The notes under the pieces are model-generated. The model was given only the letters and a program-made list of their open reading frames with translations, made no database searches and was not told the DNA's origin. DNA of 62,992 nucleotides, filler included, from Octopus bimaculoides (Eukaryota): assembly GCF_001194135.2 (NCBI RefSeq). It is 5 parts of 5 records of this genome, joined end to end, with 100 filler letters (N's around TTAATTAATTAA, not from the genome) between each part and the next. Parts side by side here need not be neighbours in the genome. Positions count along the whole stretch, not along the records: positions 1 to 22,445 come from NC_068984.1; positions 22,546 to 38,634 come from NC_068997.1; 3 more parts are not named here. The stretch is one strand, 5' to 3'. The position numbers were made by a program, and so were the translations under genes. Position 1 is the stretch's first letter. Every line of letters starts with the position of its first letter. This document shows positions 13,439-25,166 of the stretch, in pieces.

Positions 13439-14904
13439 ATATTTATTAAAGTGCAGTGCAGTCTTGAATATAATGTGACCTTTTTTTTTAGTAACTAAGA
13501 ATTAGAAAATATATTTTATCTTCTTCTATAACACAACCTCCATAGTTATCTATATATTTGAAGAAAGAAAAAAAAAGCAATGTAATATCATAGCAAATTT
13601 TAAAACACATAATACAAAACAAAACAAAAAGCTAAATATAAACACTAGAATTGGAATGGTTTCCTGGTTTTGTTCAATAACTTTTGCTTAAAAGCTATTG
13701 AGCCAAGTCTATAGCACAGCTTAAAAAAAACAAGGTCATTGTTCATAAAATGAGTTTATCACTTAAAAAAAAAAAAAAACCTTCAAATTCTTATTCATCC
13801 ATCATTTGATTCTCCAGATAACTTTAGTCATTCTTCTTGATTTAGCTTTCACTTTTCATCACCGTCTCATCCTATCACTTTCTCATCTTTTTCATATAAA
13901 CTTGCAGTGGTGTCTGTAGGTGCATTTTGATCATTCCACACTAGGTTATCTTCCCTTCCATCTGATTTACTTACTAATATCAGTTTTTAGAAAAAAGCTT
14001 TTAAAAATCACATGTTCAGATAAAATAGTCCAAACCACTTTAATCCAGATGGCAACAGAAAAAAGGCAAGGGTTGTTTTTTTTTTTTTTTTTAAGATTTC
14101 TTTTTTTTTTTCTATCACTTCATCAGATGACATCCATGATATCCATGGCATTTTGTCTTTATTCGTAAATAGCTTGCTCAGAAACAATTTCAAAGAGCTG
14201 AATAACACTTGTCAAATGACATGGTGATTCCAATTTAAGTTCTTATATCTCTAAATATATGTTTCATTTGGTGAGTATGGTGAGCATTAAATTCATCCCA
14301 CACCAACACTGCAGCTCCTGGTCATTCATCCAATACTTTTCTCAGACATAATCCTGTGCATTACCCACTTCCTTCCTTCCTTCCTCTCTTCCTTCTTTCC
14401 TCTCTTCCTTCCTTCCTCTCTTCCTTNNNNNNNNNNNNNNNNNNNNNNNNNNNNNNNNNNNNNNNNNNNNNNNNNNNNNNNNNNNNNNCTTCCTTCCTTC
14501 CTTCCTTCCTTCCTTCCTTCCTTCCTTCCTTCCTTCCTTCCTTCCTTCCTCCCTCTCTTCCTTCCTCCCTCTCTTTCTCCTTCCTTCCTTCCGTTTGTAC
14601 GTCCGGCCGTCCGTTGAAGTAAACAGTAACGCCAGAAGGAAAATTTTCACTTTTTGTGGGGATTGTCTTTCTTTTAAAGCATATTCATGGTGGTTAGTTT
14701 TTGGTTCTGTGATTTAAATAACTTAAAGCTGAAATAAAATTTTCTCATACTTTGTTATTCCAAATACAAACCAGGTTTATTTCCTATTTTGTAAAGTGTT
14801 TTGTACTCTGAAATGGCCAAACACCATGGATGTTTCATCCATATTTCCAATATGACTCAGTTTGAAGTTAAGATACTTTCACTCATTTATTATAAAGCTA
14901 TTAT

Positions 14905-15210
14905 GCAGATTGAGTTCCTACTTCTCTGCATTGAGAGGTCATAACTCTCTTACTATGGTATGTGATTAGAATGTCACAGGAAAGACTTGCAAGGCAGATT
15001 CTTCAAGCTGAGTCAACCAACAGGAGAACACTGGCAGTAGATTAAAAACCAGATGGTTGAATAATATCCGTAGTCTCAGTTGGGAAACCAGTCAAAAAGT
15101 ATAATGATGGCTGCTTTGGATAGGACTCTATGGAGGAGATGCCTAAGGATTCCATCTCTTTGATCCTTTCAAGGATAACAGGTGGAAAAGATGGGGGGTT
15201 GAATGGATTT
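14905..15210 (+). mobile_element. Degraded RTE-clade LINE, C-terminal ORF fragment
   Basis: Translates with stop/frameshifts as LLCIERS*L.YYG.VIRMSQERLARQILQAES...GSRLKTRWLNNIRSLSW...ALDRTLWRRCLR, matching the RTE WxGHVxRM...GRPxxRW...DRxxWR pattern. Confidence 0.75.
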
Positions 15211-17237
15211 TACTGGTTCTGGATAGTGAAGCTGATGTTCTCTTAGAAATTGTTTGCTGTCTGCCATTTTCTGCATTTAGGTTTTATTGTTTCTCTAATC
15301 TAATTTAATATTGCTCTCTGTGATGGTATATGAGGAGTTTAATTTGTTAGTTGAATTATGAAAAGTAAAATATTTACAGAGTAAGATATTTATTGATGTT
15401 TGTTATTTAAGGTTAAGGAATATGTTTAATATAAACTGTGAAATATTCTTACATACATAAATTACTCCAAACTTGTTCTTCTTACAGTAATCTTTTATTA
15501 CCTAACATAAAGCTTCCTCCTTGTCTACCATAGTCCTACTCATTCAAAGACGGTCTTTGTTTGCAAGCCAAATGGTTACCTCACTAGTGATAGTGCCACA
15601 AAAAAAGTACCTAATACACTTTGTAATATAATTGGCATTAGAGAAGGTGTCCAGTCATAGACACCATGCCAAAGTACATATTGGAGTATGATGCAATTCT
15701 CCAACCTGTTGGATTCTGTTAAACCATGTGACCCATGCCAACATGAAAAATGGACATTAAAAGGAAAGATGATGATAATGAGGAGGCCATTTGACAAATT
15801 TGTTAGAGCATTAGATATGATGCCTTAAAGAAGTAATTTTGGCACAACCAATCAAAATTTACTTTTACTTTCATCCTTTCAAGACTAATGAATAAAATAT
15901 TAGTTCAGAGCAGTGGTTCAGCAGAATTGTTAGAGTCAGCTGACATGTTTTATGCTATCTGTTTCAAATTTTTTTTGTTTTGAGCTCAAATTCTGCCTTT
16001 GGTAAACTGAATCCATCACCCAGTTTAACACCACTACCACTGCCGTCAGTTGAACAGCATGGACAAGTAAGTCTATAACCTGTATAGATGATCTAGTAAT
16101 GGCATACACATGTTCTCACTCAACAGCAGATCAGCAACAGCTAAATGGAAATATTCAAATGGCAATAATTTTACAACTGCTAGAATATAACTGCTTACAT
16201 GCCATAATGTTGTTCAAACATAAATAATCCTTAGAGCCCATTCAAATTTTCGATTTTGTCAGCCTCCTCCCACGAGAATTTAGTGTTTGAAGCATCACCA
16301 GTTATTAACAATAGGAGCTATAGTTCCATACTTAATCAGAATAGGAGCTATAATTTGTAATCTAAAAGAAGGTTTTGTCAGAGATTATTTTATGATCCTA
16401 TAGATCTTGGGATTCGCATTGCCATAAAGCATGGTACAATGAGTCTCTTGTATTTTTTTATCTGTTTCAGTCACATAGTTGATATTTGCCTTAGTGTCTA
16501 TTTTTCGATTCCAGAGATCTTAAGAATCGTGCAGCTAGTAAATCTGGTACAATGATAAATCTTTAAAATTTATATTAAGTTAATTAATTGTGTCTAGCCA
16601 TCCAGAAATATTTAGAATTTTCCAAACTGGCTAGTTATTATTTCTCTCACAGTCAAAAATAAAATTTTTAAAAATTACAAAAACACACCAGCAAAAAAAG
16701 CAAAGCAAAAAAGCAAAACAGCATGATAGCAACGTATAAACTATAAATTGCAATAAAATTTTGCCCTCAGCTAATGATATCAGTATCAATCAAAATCTCA
16801 GAAAGATTAATTTTGATTAAATAAAAGTTGTGTAAGTACTTACAGTTTTTCTTGGTAGCACGTGGCTCTGATGAGGTCTATGCTACTTTTTTCCTGTTTT
16901 CTTAGCCATTTTTGTATTTCTTATTGATTAATCTTTCTCAGTATGAAAATTATTTTTGTTTAATTTATTATTACTAATTTTTCTTTTCTTTTTTTTTCTT
17001 TTTGTTGTCTTGCTGTTTTTAGATGATTTCATTTTATATCTCTTGTTCATGTCGATAATTTGTTTTTTTGTTGTTTATTTTTGTTGTTGATTTGTTTATC
17101 AGGAATAACTTTGATCTATATATTCATTCTTTGCATCACATGTAATTTCGTAATCGTCTTGAGTTCACTCTTAGAATCATATATCATTTTCTTATTGTTC
17201 TGAGTTCAAATTCCAATAAGGTTGACTTTGTATTTCA

Positions 17238-17400
17238 TGATGAGAGTAACTGTCATCCTAGTGGTTACAGGGGCACTGAGAGTACTAACGACCAAGTTTG
17301 AGAAATACGTTGGAGAAATTGGAATTGACATGAGGGCAGAGCATGTCCCTAAAACTGCTCTATTGGGGACAGCTAAGAGTGTGTGATTGATACTTGAGTG
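17238..17400 (+). mobile_element. R4/Dong-clade LINE 3' fragment (end of the restriction-like endonuclease domain)
   Basis: MRVTVILVVTGALRVLTTKFEKYVGEIGIDMRAEHVPKTALLGTAK; homologous to the copies at 18412 and 49600-49770. Confidence 0.75.
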
Positions 17401-17629
17401 TCGAGTGTCTTCCATGATACTGAACATATAAGTGTCAAGTCGTATAATTTGTGGAAAGGGACACTGTGAGGCCTTTGACAACAGGATGCTGTCCACTCTC
17501 ACAGAATTAACCAGAGCAAGTGAGATCAAGAGTTCTGAGGAGTGAAATATGATAATGATGATGATGTTGATGATAATAATGATTAAATACAATGAGTTGA
17601 GATATGAGATTGAGCAGCTGTGAAAATCA

Positions 17630-17890
17630 TCATCATCATCGTTGCCGTCATTTAACGTCTGCTTTCCATGCTAGCATGGGTTGGACGATTTGACTGAGGA
17701 CTGGTGAAACCAGATGGCTACACCAGGCTCCAATCTGATTTGGCAGAGTTNNNNNNNNNNACCAGGCTCCAATCTGATTTGGCAGAGTTTCTACAGCTGG
17801 ATGCCCTTCCTAATGCCAACCACTCTGAGAGTGTAGTGGGTGCTTTTACATGCCCCCGGCACGAAGGCCAGTCAGGTGGTAAGAATGTAA
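17630..17890 (-). mobile_element. RTE-type retroposon 3' tail (same family as 1-378), split by a 10-N gap
   Basis: Reverse complement of the 230-378 tail. Confidence 0.75.
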
Positions 17891-18270
17891 AGGTAGGGCC
17901 ACTAGTCACAGGTGGGTTGAATACCATAAGCAGAAATTTCAAGAAAGCTGAGGAACATCTTGTTTGTGACATAAACTTCTCTGTTAAACAGAAAGCCTGT
18001 TTATTTAGGGACAACAAGAATCTTAACAAAGGTGCTGGATATCTAAAGTCGTGAGATGTGACTTGCTATCCAGTAGAATGAACTGGCATTACATCTAAGA
18101 CTGAGAGATAAAAGCAAATAATGATGATAATTTTTTACATAGCTTCAAAGCCAGACATTTGGAGGATAGGTCAAATGATTATATCAGCTCCAGTAGTTGA
18201 CTGATACTTGTACTTACTTTATCAGCACTAGAGGGATGAAAAGCAAAATTGATGATAGCAACATTTGAAC

Positions 18271-18485
18271 ATTATTATTATTATTATTATTATTTTTATT
18301 CTGAAAGACTCTCGGATAGTTCTTAATTACCGGTTATTCTTTACTTGAAAGTAGGCAATAACAAATCACCAAAGGTTTCAAGTAGTGCCTTCTCCTGTGA
18401 CTCAAAGAGACAATACTCTCCTTAGAATGCGAGCTGTACCCAACAATGCTGTCTTCTGGATCACCTTGAGCTTGACAGTAATCCT
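18271..18485 (-). mobile_element. 5'-truncated R4/Dong-clade LINE with 3'UTR and (AAT)n tail
   Basis: Minus strand ITVKLKVIQKTALLGTARILRRVLSL*, ~110 nt UTR, then (AAT)n at 18271-18300. Confidence 0.8.
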
Positions 18486-18584
18486 TTCAGGGTCAATAAG
18501 ATAAGTACCAGTCAAACACTGGGGTTGATGTAATCGACTCATCCCCTCCCCCAAAATTGCTGCCCTTGTGGAAAAATTTGAAAC

Positions 18585-18621
<37 letters not shown>

Positions 18622-18634
18622 GTTATTATTGTTG

Positions 18635-18683
<49 letters not shown>

Positions 18684-18700
18684 TATTATTATTATTATTA

Positions 18701-18737
<37 letters not shown>

Positions 18738-18739
18738 TG

Positions 18740-19245
18740 AGTGAGAGAGCAGCGTATGCCATCAAAGTGACACTGGGGTAAAATATACAAAACCCAGTAT
18801 ACCCTTCATGACTACCCTTCTGATAAGGGTACATCAGCCACATGCACCATGACATGGTGTGCACGACCTTGCAGGTGGGGCCCAATTAGAATTTTCTTCA
18901 GGTTGAGTAGCCCATCCTGCTCAAAAGGTCCCTGAATAAAGGTTGTTTAAGGATGTTGACCAAAGCACCCATGTTTCCAGAGGTGAATTATCCAAACCCC
19001 AAAGAATTCCTCTCAACACATGGCTATGATGCTCCCCCACTACTTCTGTTCATGATCAGAGATGCACATATCGTCAGCCACCAAGGGACATGCTCAACTG
19101 GTTAAGGTCAAACAACTGACAAGCAAATTTGTGGTATTCAGCATAATATTTGCTGTAGCCCATCTTTTATACCAAAACAAAACATGTACATTATAACACT
19201 TTCAATCAGTTAAGATTAGAAGCCATGAGAGCCACTGCCTGTTAT
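18740..19245. mobile_element. Unclassified ~500 bp probable interspersed repeat embedded between (ATT)n and (ATC)n tracts
   Basis: Sharp compositional boundaries at microsatellites; resembles a repeat I associate with octopus DNA, class not determined. Confidence 0.45.
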
Positions 19246-19251
19246 TGCATT

Positions 19252-19374
<123 letters not shown>

Positions 19375-19653
19375 TAGGCAGTAAGCTGACAGGATTGTGA
19401 GCAAACCAGGCAACATACTTAGCAGCATATTGTCTATCTTTAAGTTCTGAGTTCAAATTCTGCTGATGTCAGCTTTGCTTTTCATCATTTCAGGGTCGAT
19501 AAAATAAGTACCAGTTGCACACTGAGGTTGATTTAATTGATGTAGCCCCTCACCCGAAATTGCTGGCCTTGTGCCAGAATTTGAAATCCTCCTCCTCCTC
19601 CTCCTCTTCTTCTTCTTCTTCTTCTTCTTCTTCTTCTTCTTCTTCTTCTTCTT

Positions 19654-19731
<78 letters not shown>

Positions 19732-20297
19732 TAGTGCAGACAATAAAGGAAAAATGCTTTGTGACATTTTATCTGTCTTTGTGTTCTAAGTTCAAATTCC
19801 ACTGAGGTTGGCTTTGCCTTTCATCCTTTTGGGATTGATAAATTAAGTACCAGTGAAATACTGGAGTTGATGTAATCAACTAGTCCCCTCCCCCCAAATT
19901 TCAGGCCTTTTGCCTATATCAGAAAGGATTATTAGTGAAGACAGTGCACTAGTAGGATTGTTAGCTGGTCAAAATTCTTCACAGCATTTCTCTTTTCTGT
20001 TCTGATTTCTAACTCTTCCAAGGTCAACTTTGCCTTTCACACTTTTGAAATTGCAAAAAGTAAGTACAAGACAGCTAATGGGGTTAATGTAATTGTCTTT
20101 CCCACCACTTAAAAAAAAAAAAGTACCATGCCATAGGCGCAGGAGTGGCTGTGTGGTAAGTAGCTTGCTTACCAACCACGTGGTTCTGGGTTCAGTCCCG
20201 CTGCATGGCATCTTGGGCAAGTGTCTTCTACTATAGTCTCGGGCCGACCAAAGCCTTGTGAGTGGATTTGGTAGACGGAAACTGAAAGAAGCCCGTC

Positions 20298-20339
<42 letters not shown>

Positions 20340-20790
20340 GTGTGTGTTTGTATGTTTGTGTTTGTCCCCCTAGTATTGCTTGACAACCGATGCTGGTGTG
20401 TTTATGTCCCTGTCACTTAGCGGTTCGGCAAAAGAGACTGATAGAATAAGTACTAGGCTTACAAAGAATAAGTCCTGGGGTCGATTTACTCGACTAAAGG
20501 CGGTGCTCCAGCATGGCCGCAGTCAAATGACTAAAACAAGTAAAAGAGTAAAGAGAGTGCAATGATATTAACAATAGAAAGAACTATTATTACTGTTATT
20601 TTATTGCACACATATGTAGAGTACTGGGTGAAAAATGTTGCAATATTTTCTGTTGTCTGTGTTCTAATCTTGTGGTAGTCAACTTTGCCGTTTATCCTTC
20701 AGAATTCAGTAAAAATAAATACTAGTCAAGTATGATGTTTGATAGAATGCACTTTGTTCTTCCCTCAAGATTTGTGGCCTTGTATCTCTC
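19375..20790 (+). mobile_element. Head-to-tail chain of four family-A SINEs plus one family-B SINE
   Basis: Repeated GTTCAAATT...TTTGCCTTTCATCCTTT.GGG.T.GATAAA.TAAGTACCAG cores at ~19455, 19790, 19970, 20665; separated in part by (CCT)(CTT)(ATT) and ATT tracts. Confidence 0.8.
20134..20557 (+). mobile_element. Young full-length family-B tRNA/CORE-like SINE
   Basis: GGCGCAGGAGTGGCTGTGTGGTAAGTAGCTTGCTTACCAACCACGTGGTTCTGGGTTCAGTCCC head, CTTGGGCAAGTGTCTTCT core, internal (TA)n, tail CAGCATGGCCGCAGTCAAATGACT; CpGs largely intact. Confidence 0.85.
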
Positions 20791-22489
20791 AGATAATTTA
20801 AGAATGCTTCTGTATATTGGAGAACAACAGTTGGAAGAGGGTAAGTTCTTTTCTTGGTAATGGTGATTTAGTATATCTGGGGTCTCTTGATTTGCCCTAA
20901 CTTGAGTTTCTCATTCATCATAAAAATTGTGTCATCCTTTTAATTATATATCAGCAATTCTTCTCTAGATGCTTTTGGGATTTTCTGCACCTCTTGCTTC
21001 CTTTAGGGACCCATGTATCTCCAAACTGGCAAGCTGTGTAATTGACTCTTGAGCTTCCTCTTGGCTTTCACTCAAGTGCATCATGCCTTATTCTCTTTCC
21101 AGGTTAGGAACCACTGCCCTTTCCATGGTGTCGATTCTTCTGAGCATTTGAAGTTTCTGCAATCAAAAGTTTTTTTTTTTTCTGGGATCACATGATTAGT
21201 CCAATGCTCAACCTTCAAAACCTGAAGTGGGTTTGGTTTACTGTTGGGGTTTCCTACCCTTAGATGATTCCAGTGTTGCCCAAACTTAAAAAACCCTATC
21301 TGCAAGCCCATGTCCTGAGGGAACACCCACATTGATATGATATGGGGATGCAACTAGAAGATTTCATCCCTACCTGAGTGTCCTAAACTAGGAGCTCTTA
21401 GCAGGACTTCCCAGAACATCATATCTCTAGAATTCCTTTCCAGCATGCATGTTTTAAACCTTTTCCTGCAGTCCTTGATTTGAAGTTATTCAAGAGTAAC
21501 ACCAATCTCACTATTCTTGGATTACTACAAAATGCCATGGACAAAGTCTCTACCTCCAGACCAAACTGAAAGAGGAAAGATTCTGATTAGGTGAACTTTT
21601 CCTTCGTTCCTTCATTCCTTCGTTCCTTCGTTCGTTCGTTCCTTCCTTCCAGGGTTAGTAAAATAAGCACTAGTCAAGTACTGGGGTTTATAATTGACTG
21701 CATCCCTTTTCTTACACGACATGGATTGACCTGCAACTAGACAACAACAATAACAACAGCAATAACAACTAGCAGCAGGTTAAATAATTTCTATTATTCT
21801 CCAGAATATTCCATTATTGTCTACGCTGTATGTTGAATAAAGGTGCAATATCTTGTTAGTTTCTTCAATATTAGAATTTATCAAACAAATGTTTATTATT
21901 GTCTAACCTTTACCACCACATTGAAAACCATTACAATTTTTATCGTCTTTCATTCTCTGTCCAGTTTTCCATTCTTCATTTCCGTTTTTATACTGCTATT
22001 CCACTGAAGTTCTTCAAATTAAAATGGTTTCCAAAGAAAAGAATGGCAGTACGTATGAGTGAAGCTTGGTGAGGTGAAATAGAGTTCAAATTTTGTTTGC
22101 AAATATAATTGAAAGAAATTTCTTACAAATACAAGCAGAATGGGAATTTTAAAGCAAATATAGACCTCAAGTGGAAATATTGGAGCGTGTTTTTCAGGCA
22201 ATTAAACTTCAACTTTTGTGTTTTTGTCTACTCTACCTTCAGATCTGTCTCTTTTCAAATTTCCTTCTGATGTTGTGTTTCTACACACTCTCTCTCTTTC
22301 ACACACACTCTCACACACATGTACATGCACAACACAGGAATGCACATATGCATCCACATAAAGTGCCATGTAGTCATGTATGCACAAAACTTTTAGCCTT
22401 TGAGTCACTTTTGTAACTTTCTGGTAATATATATATATATATATANNNNNNNNNNNNNNNNNNNNNNNNNNNNNNNNNNNNNNNNNNNN

Positions 22490-22501
22490 TTAATTAATTA
22501 A
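22490..22501. other. Artificial scaffold linker TTAATTAATTAA (N44-linker-N44)
   Basis: Exactly 44 N on each side (100 bp in total); identical at four sites; stops in all six frames. Confidence 0.95.
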
Positions 22502-22545
22502 NNNNNNNNNNNNNNNNNNNNNNNNNNNNNNNNNNNNNNNNNNNN

Positions 22546-25166
22546 GGGATAACACTGAAAGGAAGCGGTACCCAGAAAGGAAGGGATAACCAGAAAGAAG
22601 GGGTAAGCAGAAAGGAAGGATAACCAAAAAGGAAGGGGTAGCCAGAAAGGAAGGGATAACCAGAAAGGAAGGGATTACCAGAAAGGAAGGGATAGCCAGA
22701 AAGGAAGGGGTAACGAGAAAGGAAGGGATGACCAGAAAGGAAGGGATAACCAGAAACGAAGGGGTAACCAGAAACGAAGGATAACCAGAGAGGAAGGGGT
22801 AACCAGAAAGGAAGGGATAACCAGAAAGGAAGGGGTAACCAGAAAGGAAGGGATAACACTGAAAGGAAGCGGTACCCAGAAAGGAAGGGATAACCAGGTA
22901 AGGAAGGATAACCAAAAAGGAAGGGGTAACCAGAAAGGAAGGGGTAGCCAGAAACGAAGGGGTAACCAGAAAGGAAGGGTAACCAGAAAGGAAGGGGTAA
23001 CCAGAAAGAAGGAGTAACCAGAAAGGAATGATAACCAGAAAGGAAGGGGTAACCAGAAAGGAAGGGATAGCCAGAAAGGAAGGGATAGCCGGAAAGGAAG
23101 GGATAGCCAGAAAGGAAGGATAACCAAAAAGGAAGGGGTAACCAGAAAGGAAGGGGTGACCAGAAACGAAGGGATAACCAGAAAGGAAGGGGTAACCAGA
23201 AATGAAGGGATAACCAAAAAGGAAGGATAACCAGAAAGGAAGGGATAACTACAAAGGAAGGGATAGCCAGAAAGGAAGGGATAACCAGAAATGAAGGATA
23301 ATCAGAAAGGAAGGATAACCAGAAAGGAAGGGGTAAACAGAAATGAAGGGACAACCAAAAAGGAAGGGGTAACCAGAAAGGAAGGGGTAACCAGAAAGGA
23401 AGGGATAANNNNNNNNNNNNNNNNNNNNNNNNNNNNNNNNNNNNNNNNNNNNNNNNNNNNNNNNNNNNNNNNNNNNNNNNNNNNNNNNNNNNNNNNNNNN
23501 NNNNNNNNGGTAACCAGAAAGAAAGGGTAACCAGAAAGAAAGGCTAACCAGAAAGGAAGGGGTAACCAGAAAGGAAGGGGAAACCAGAAACGAAGGGGTA
23601 ACCAGAAACGAAGGGGTAACCAGAAAGGAAGGGGTAACCAGAAAGGAAGGGTAACCAGAAAGGAAGGGTAACCAGGAAGTAAGGGGTAACCAGAAAGGAT
23701 GGGATAGCCAGAAAGGAAGGGATTACCAGAAAGGAAGGATAACCAAAAAGGAAGGGGTAACCAGAAAGGAAGGGGTGACCAGAAACGAAGGAGTAACGAG
23801 AAACGAAGGGGTGACCAGAAAGGAAGGGGTAACCAGAAGGGAAGGGGTAACCAGAAGGGAAGGGATAACCAGAAAGGAAGGGATAACCAGAAAGGAAGGG
23901 GTAACCAGAAAGGAAGGGATAACCAGAAAGGAAAGGCTAACCAGAAAGGAAGGGATAGCCAGAAAGGTAGGGGTAAACAGAAAGGAAGGATAACCAGAAA
24001 GGAAGGATAACCAGAAAGGAAGGGGTAACCAGAAAGGAAGGGATAACCAGAAAGGAAGGATAACCAGAAGGGAAGGGGTAACCAGAAAGGAAGGATAACC
24101 AGAAAGGAAGGGATAACCAGAAAGGAAGGGGCAACCAGAATGGAAGGGATAGCCAGAATGGAAGGGATAGCCAGAAAGGAAGCGATAATCAGAAAGGAAG
24201 GGATAGCCAGAAAGGAAGGGATAACTACAAAGGAAGGGATAACCAGAAATGAAGGATAACCAGAAAGGAAGGGGTAACCAGAAAGGAAGGGATAACCAAA
24301 AAGGATGGGGTAACCAGAATGGAAGGATAACCAGAAACGAAGGGGTAACCAGAAAGGAAGGGGTAACCAGAAAGGAAGGGATAACCTGAAAGGAAGGGGT
24401 AACGAGAAAGGAAGGGATTACCAGAAACGAAGGGATAAACAGAAAGGAAGGGGTAACCAGAAAGGAAGGGATAACCTGAAAGGAAGGGATAACCAGAAAG
24501 GAAGCGGTACCCAGAAAGGAAGGGGTAACCAGAAAGGAAGGGGTAAGCAGAAAGGAAGGGGTAACCAAAAAGGAAAGGGGTTACCAGAAAGGAAGGGGTA
24601 ACCAGAAACGAAGGGGTAACCAGAAAGGAAGGGGTAACGAGAAAGGAAGGGATAACCAGCAAGGAAGGGATAACCAGAAAGGAAGGGGTAACGAGAAAGG
24701 AAGGGATAACCAGAAAGGAAGGGATGACCAGAAAGGAAGGGATGACCAGAAAGGAAGGATAACCAGAAAGGAAGGGGTAGCCAGAAAGGAAGGATAACCA
24801 GAAAGGAAGGGGTAACCAGAAAGGAAGGGATAACCAGAAAGGAAGGGGTAACGAGAAAGGAAGGGGTTACCAGAAAGGAAGGGATAACCAGAAAGGAAGG
24901 GGTAACCAGAAAGGAAGGGGTAACCAGAAAGGAAAGGGTAACCAGAAAGGAAGGGATAACCAGAAAGGAAGGATAACCAGAAAGGAAGGGGTAACCAGAA
25001 AGGAAGGGATAACCAGAAAGGAAGGGATAACCAGAAAGGAAGGGATAACCAGAAAGGAAGGGATAACCAGAAAGGAACGATAACCAGAAAGGAAGGGATA
25101 ACCAGAAAGGAAGGGGTAACCAGAAAGGAAGGGATAACCAGAAAGGAAGGATAACCAGAAAGGAAG
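22546..25166. repeat. 2.6 kb purine-rich minisatellite, 17-18 bp unit CCAGAAAGGAAGG(G)(G/A)TAA, roughly 140 copies
   Basis: Directly visible; one internal N gap (23409-23508); gives the LVTPSF/LSGYPF repeat ORFs on the minus strand. Confidence 0.97.

Noticed and set aside
17721-17789. 29-bp direct repeat ACCAGGCTCCAATCTGATTTGGCAGAGTT
   Set aside because: It flanks a 10-N gap; most likely overlapping contig ends that were not merged.
20134-20210. tRNA genes at SINE heads (also 2945-3012, 56547, 57110)
   Set aside because: A/B-box-like sequence continues into SINE bodies and does not give a complete cloverleaf.
20793-20840. Small exon NLRMLLYIGEQQLEE with a GTAAGT donor
   Set aside because: The acceptor derives from a SINE tail and has a poor pyrimidine tract; no supporting homology.
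21532-21590. Tc1-like transposase start MPWTKSLPPDQTERGKIL
   Set aside because: Only 18 codons, no TIR or downstream domain found; too short to support.
22546-25166. CRISPR-like array
   Set aside because: No unique spacers, no cas genes, eukaryotic context.
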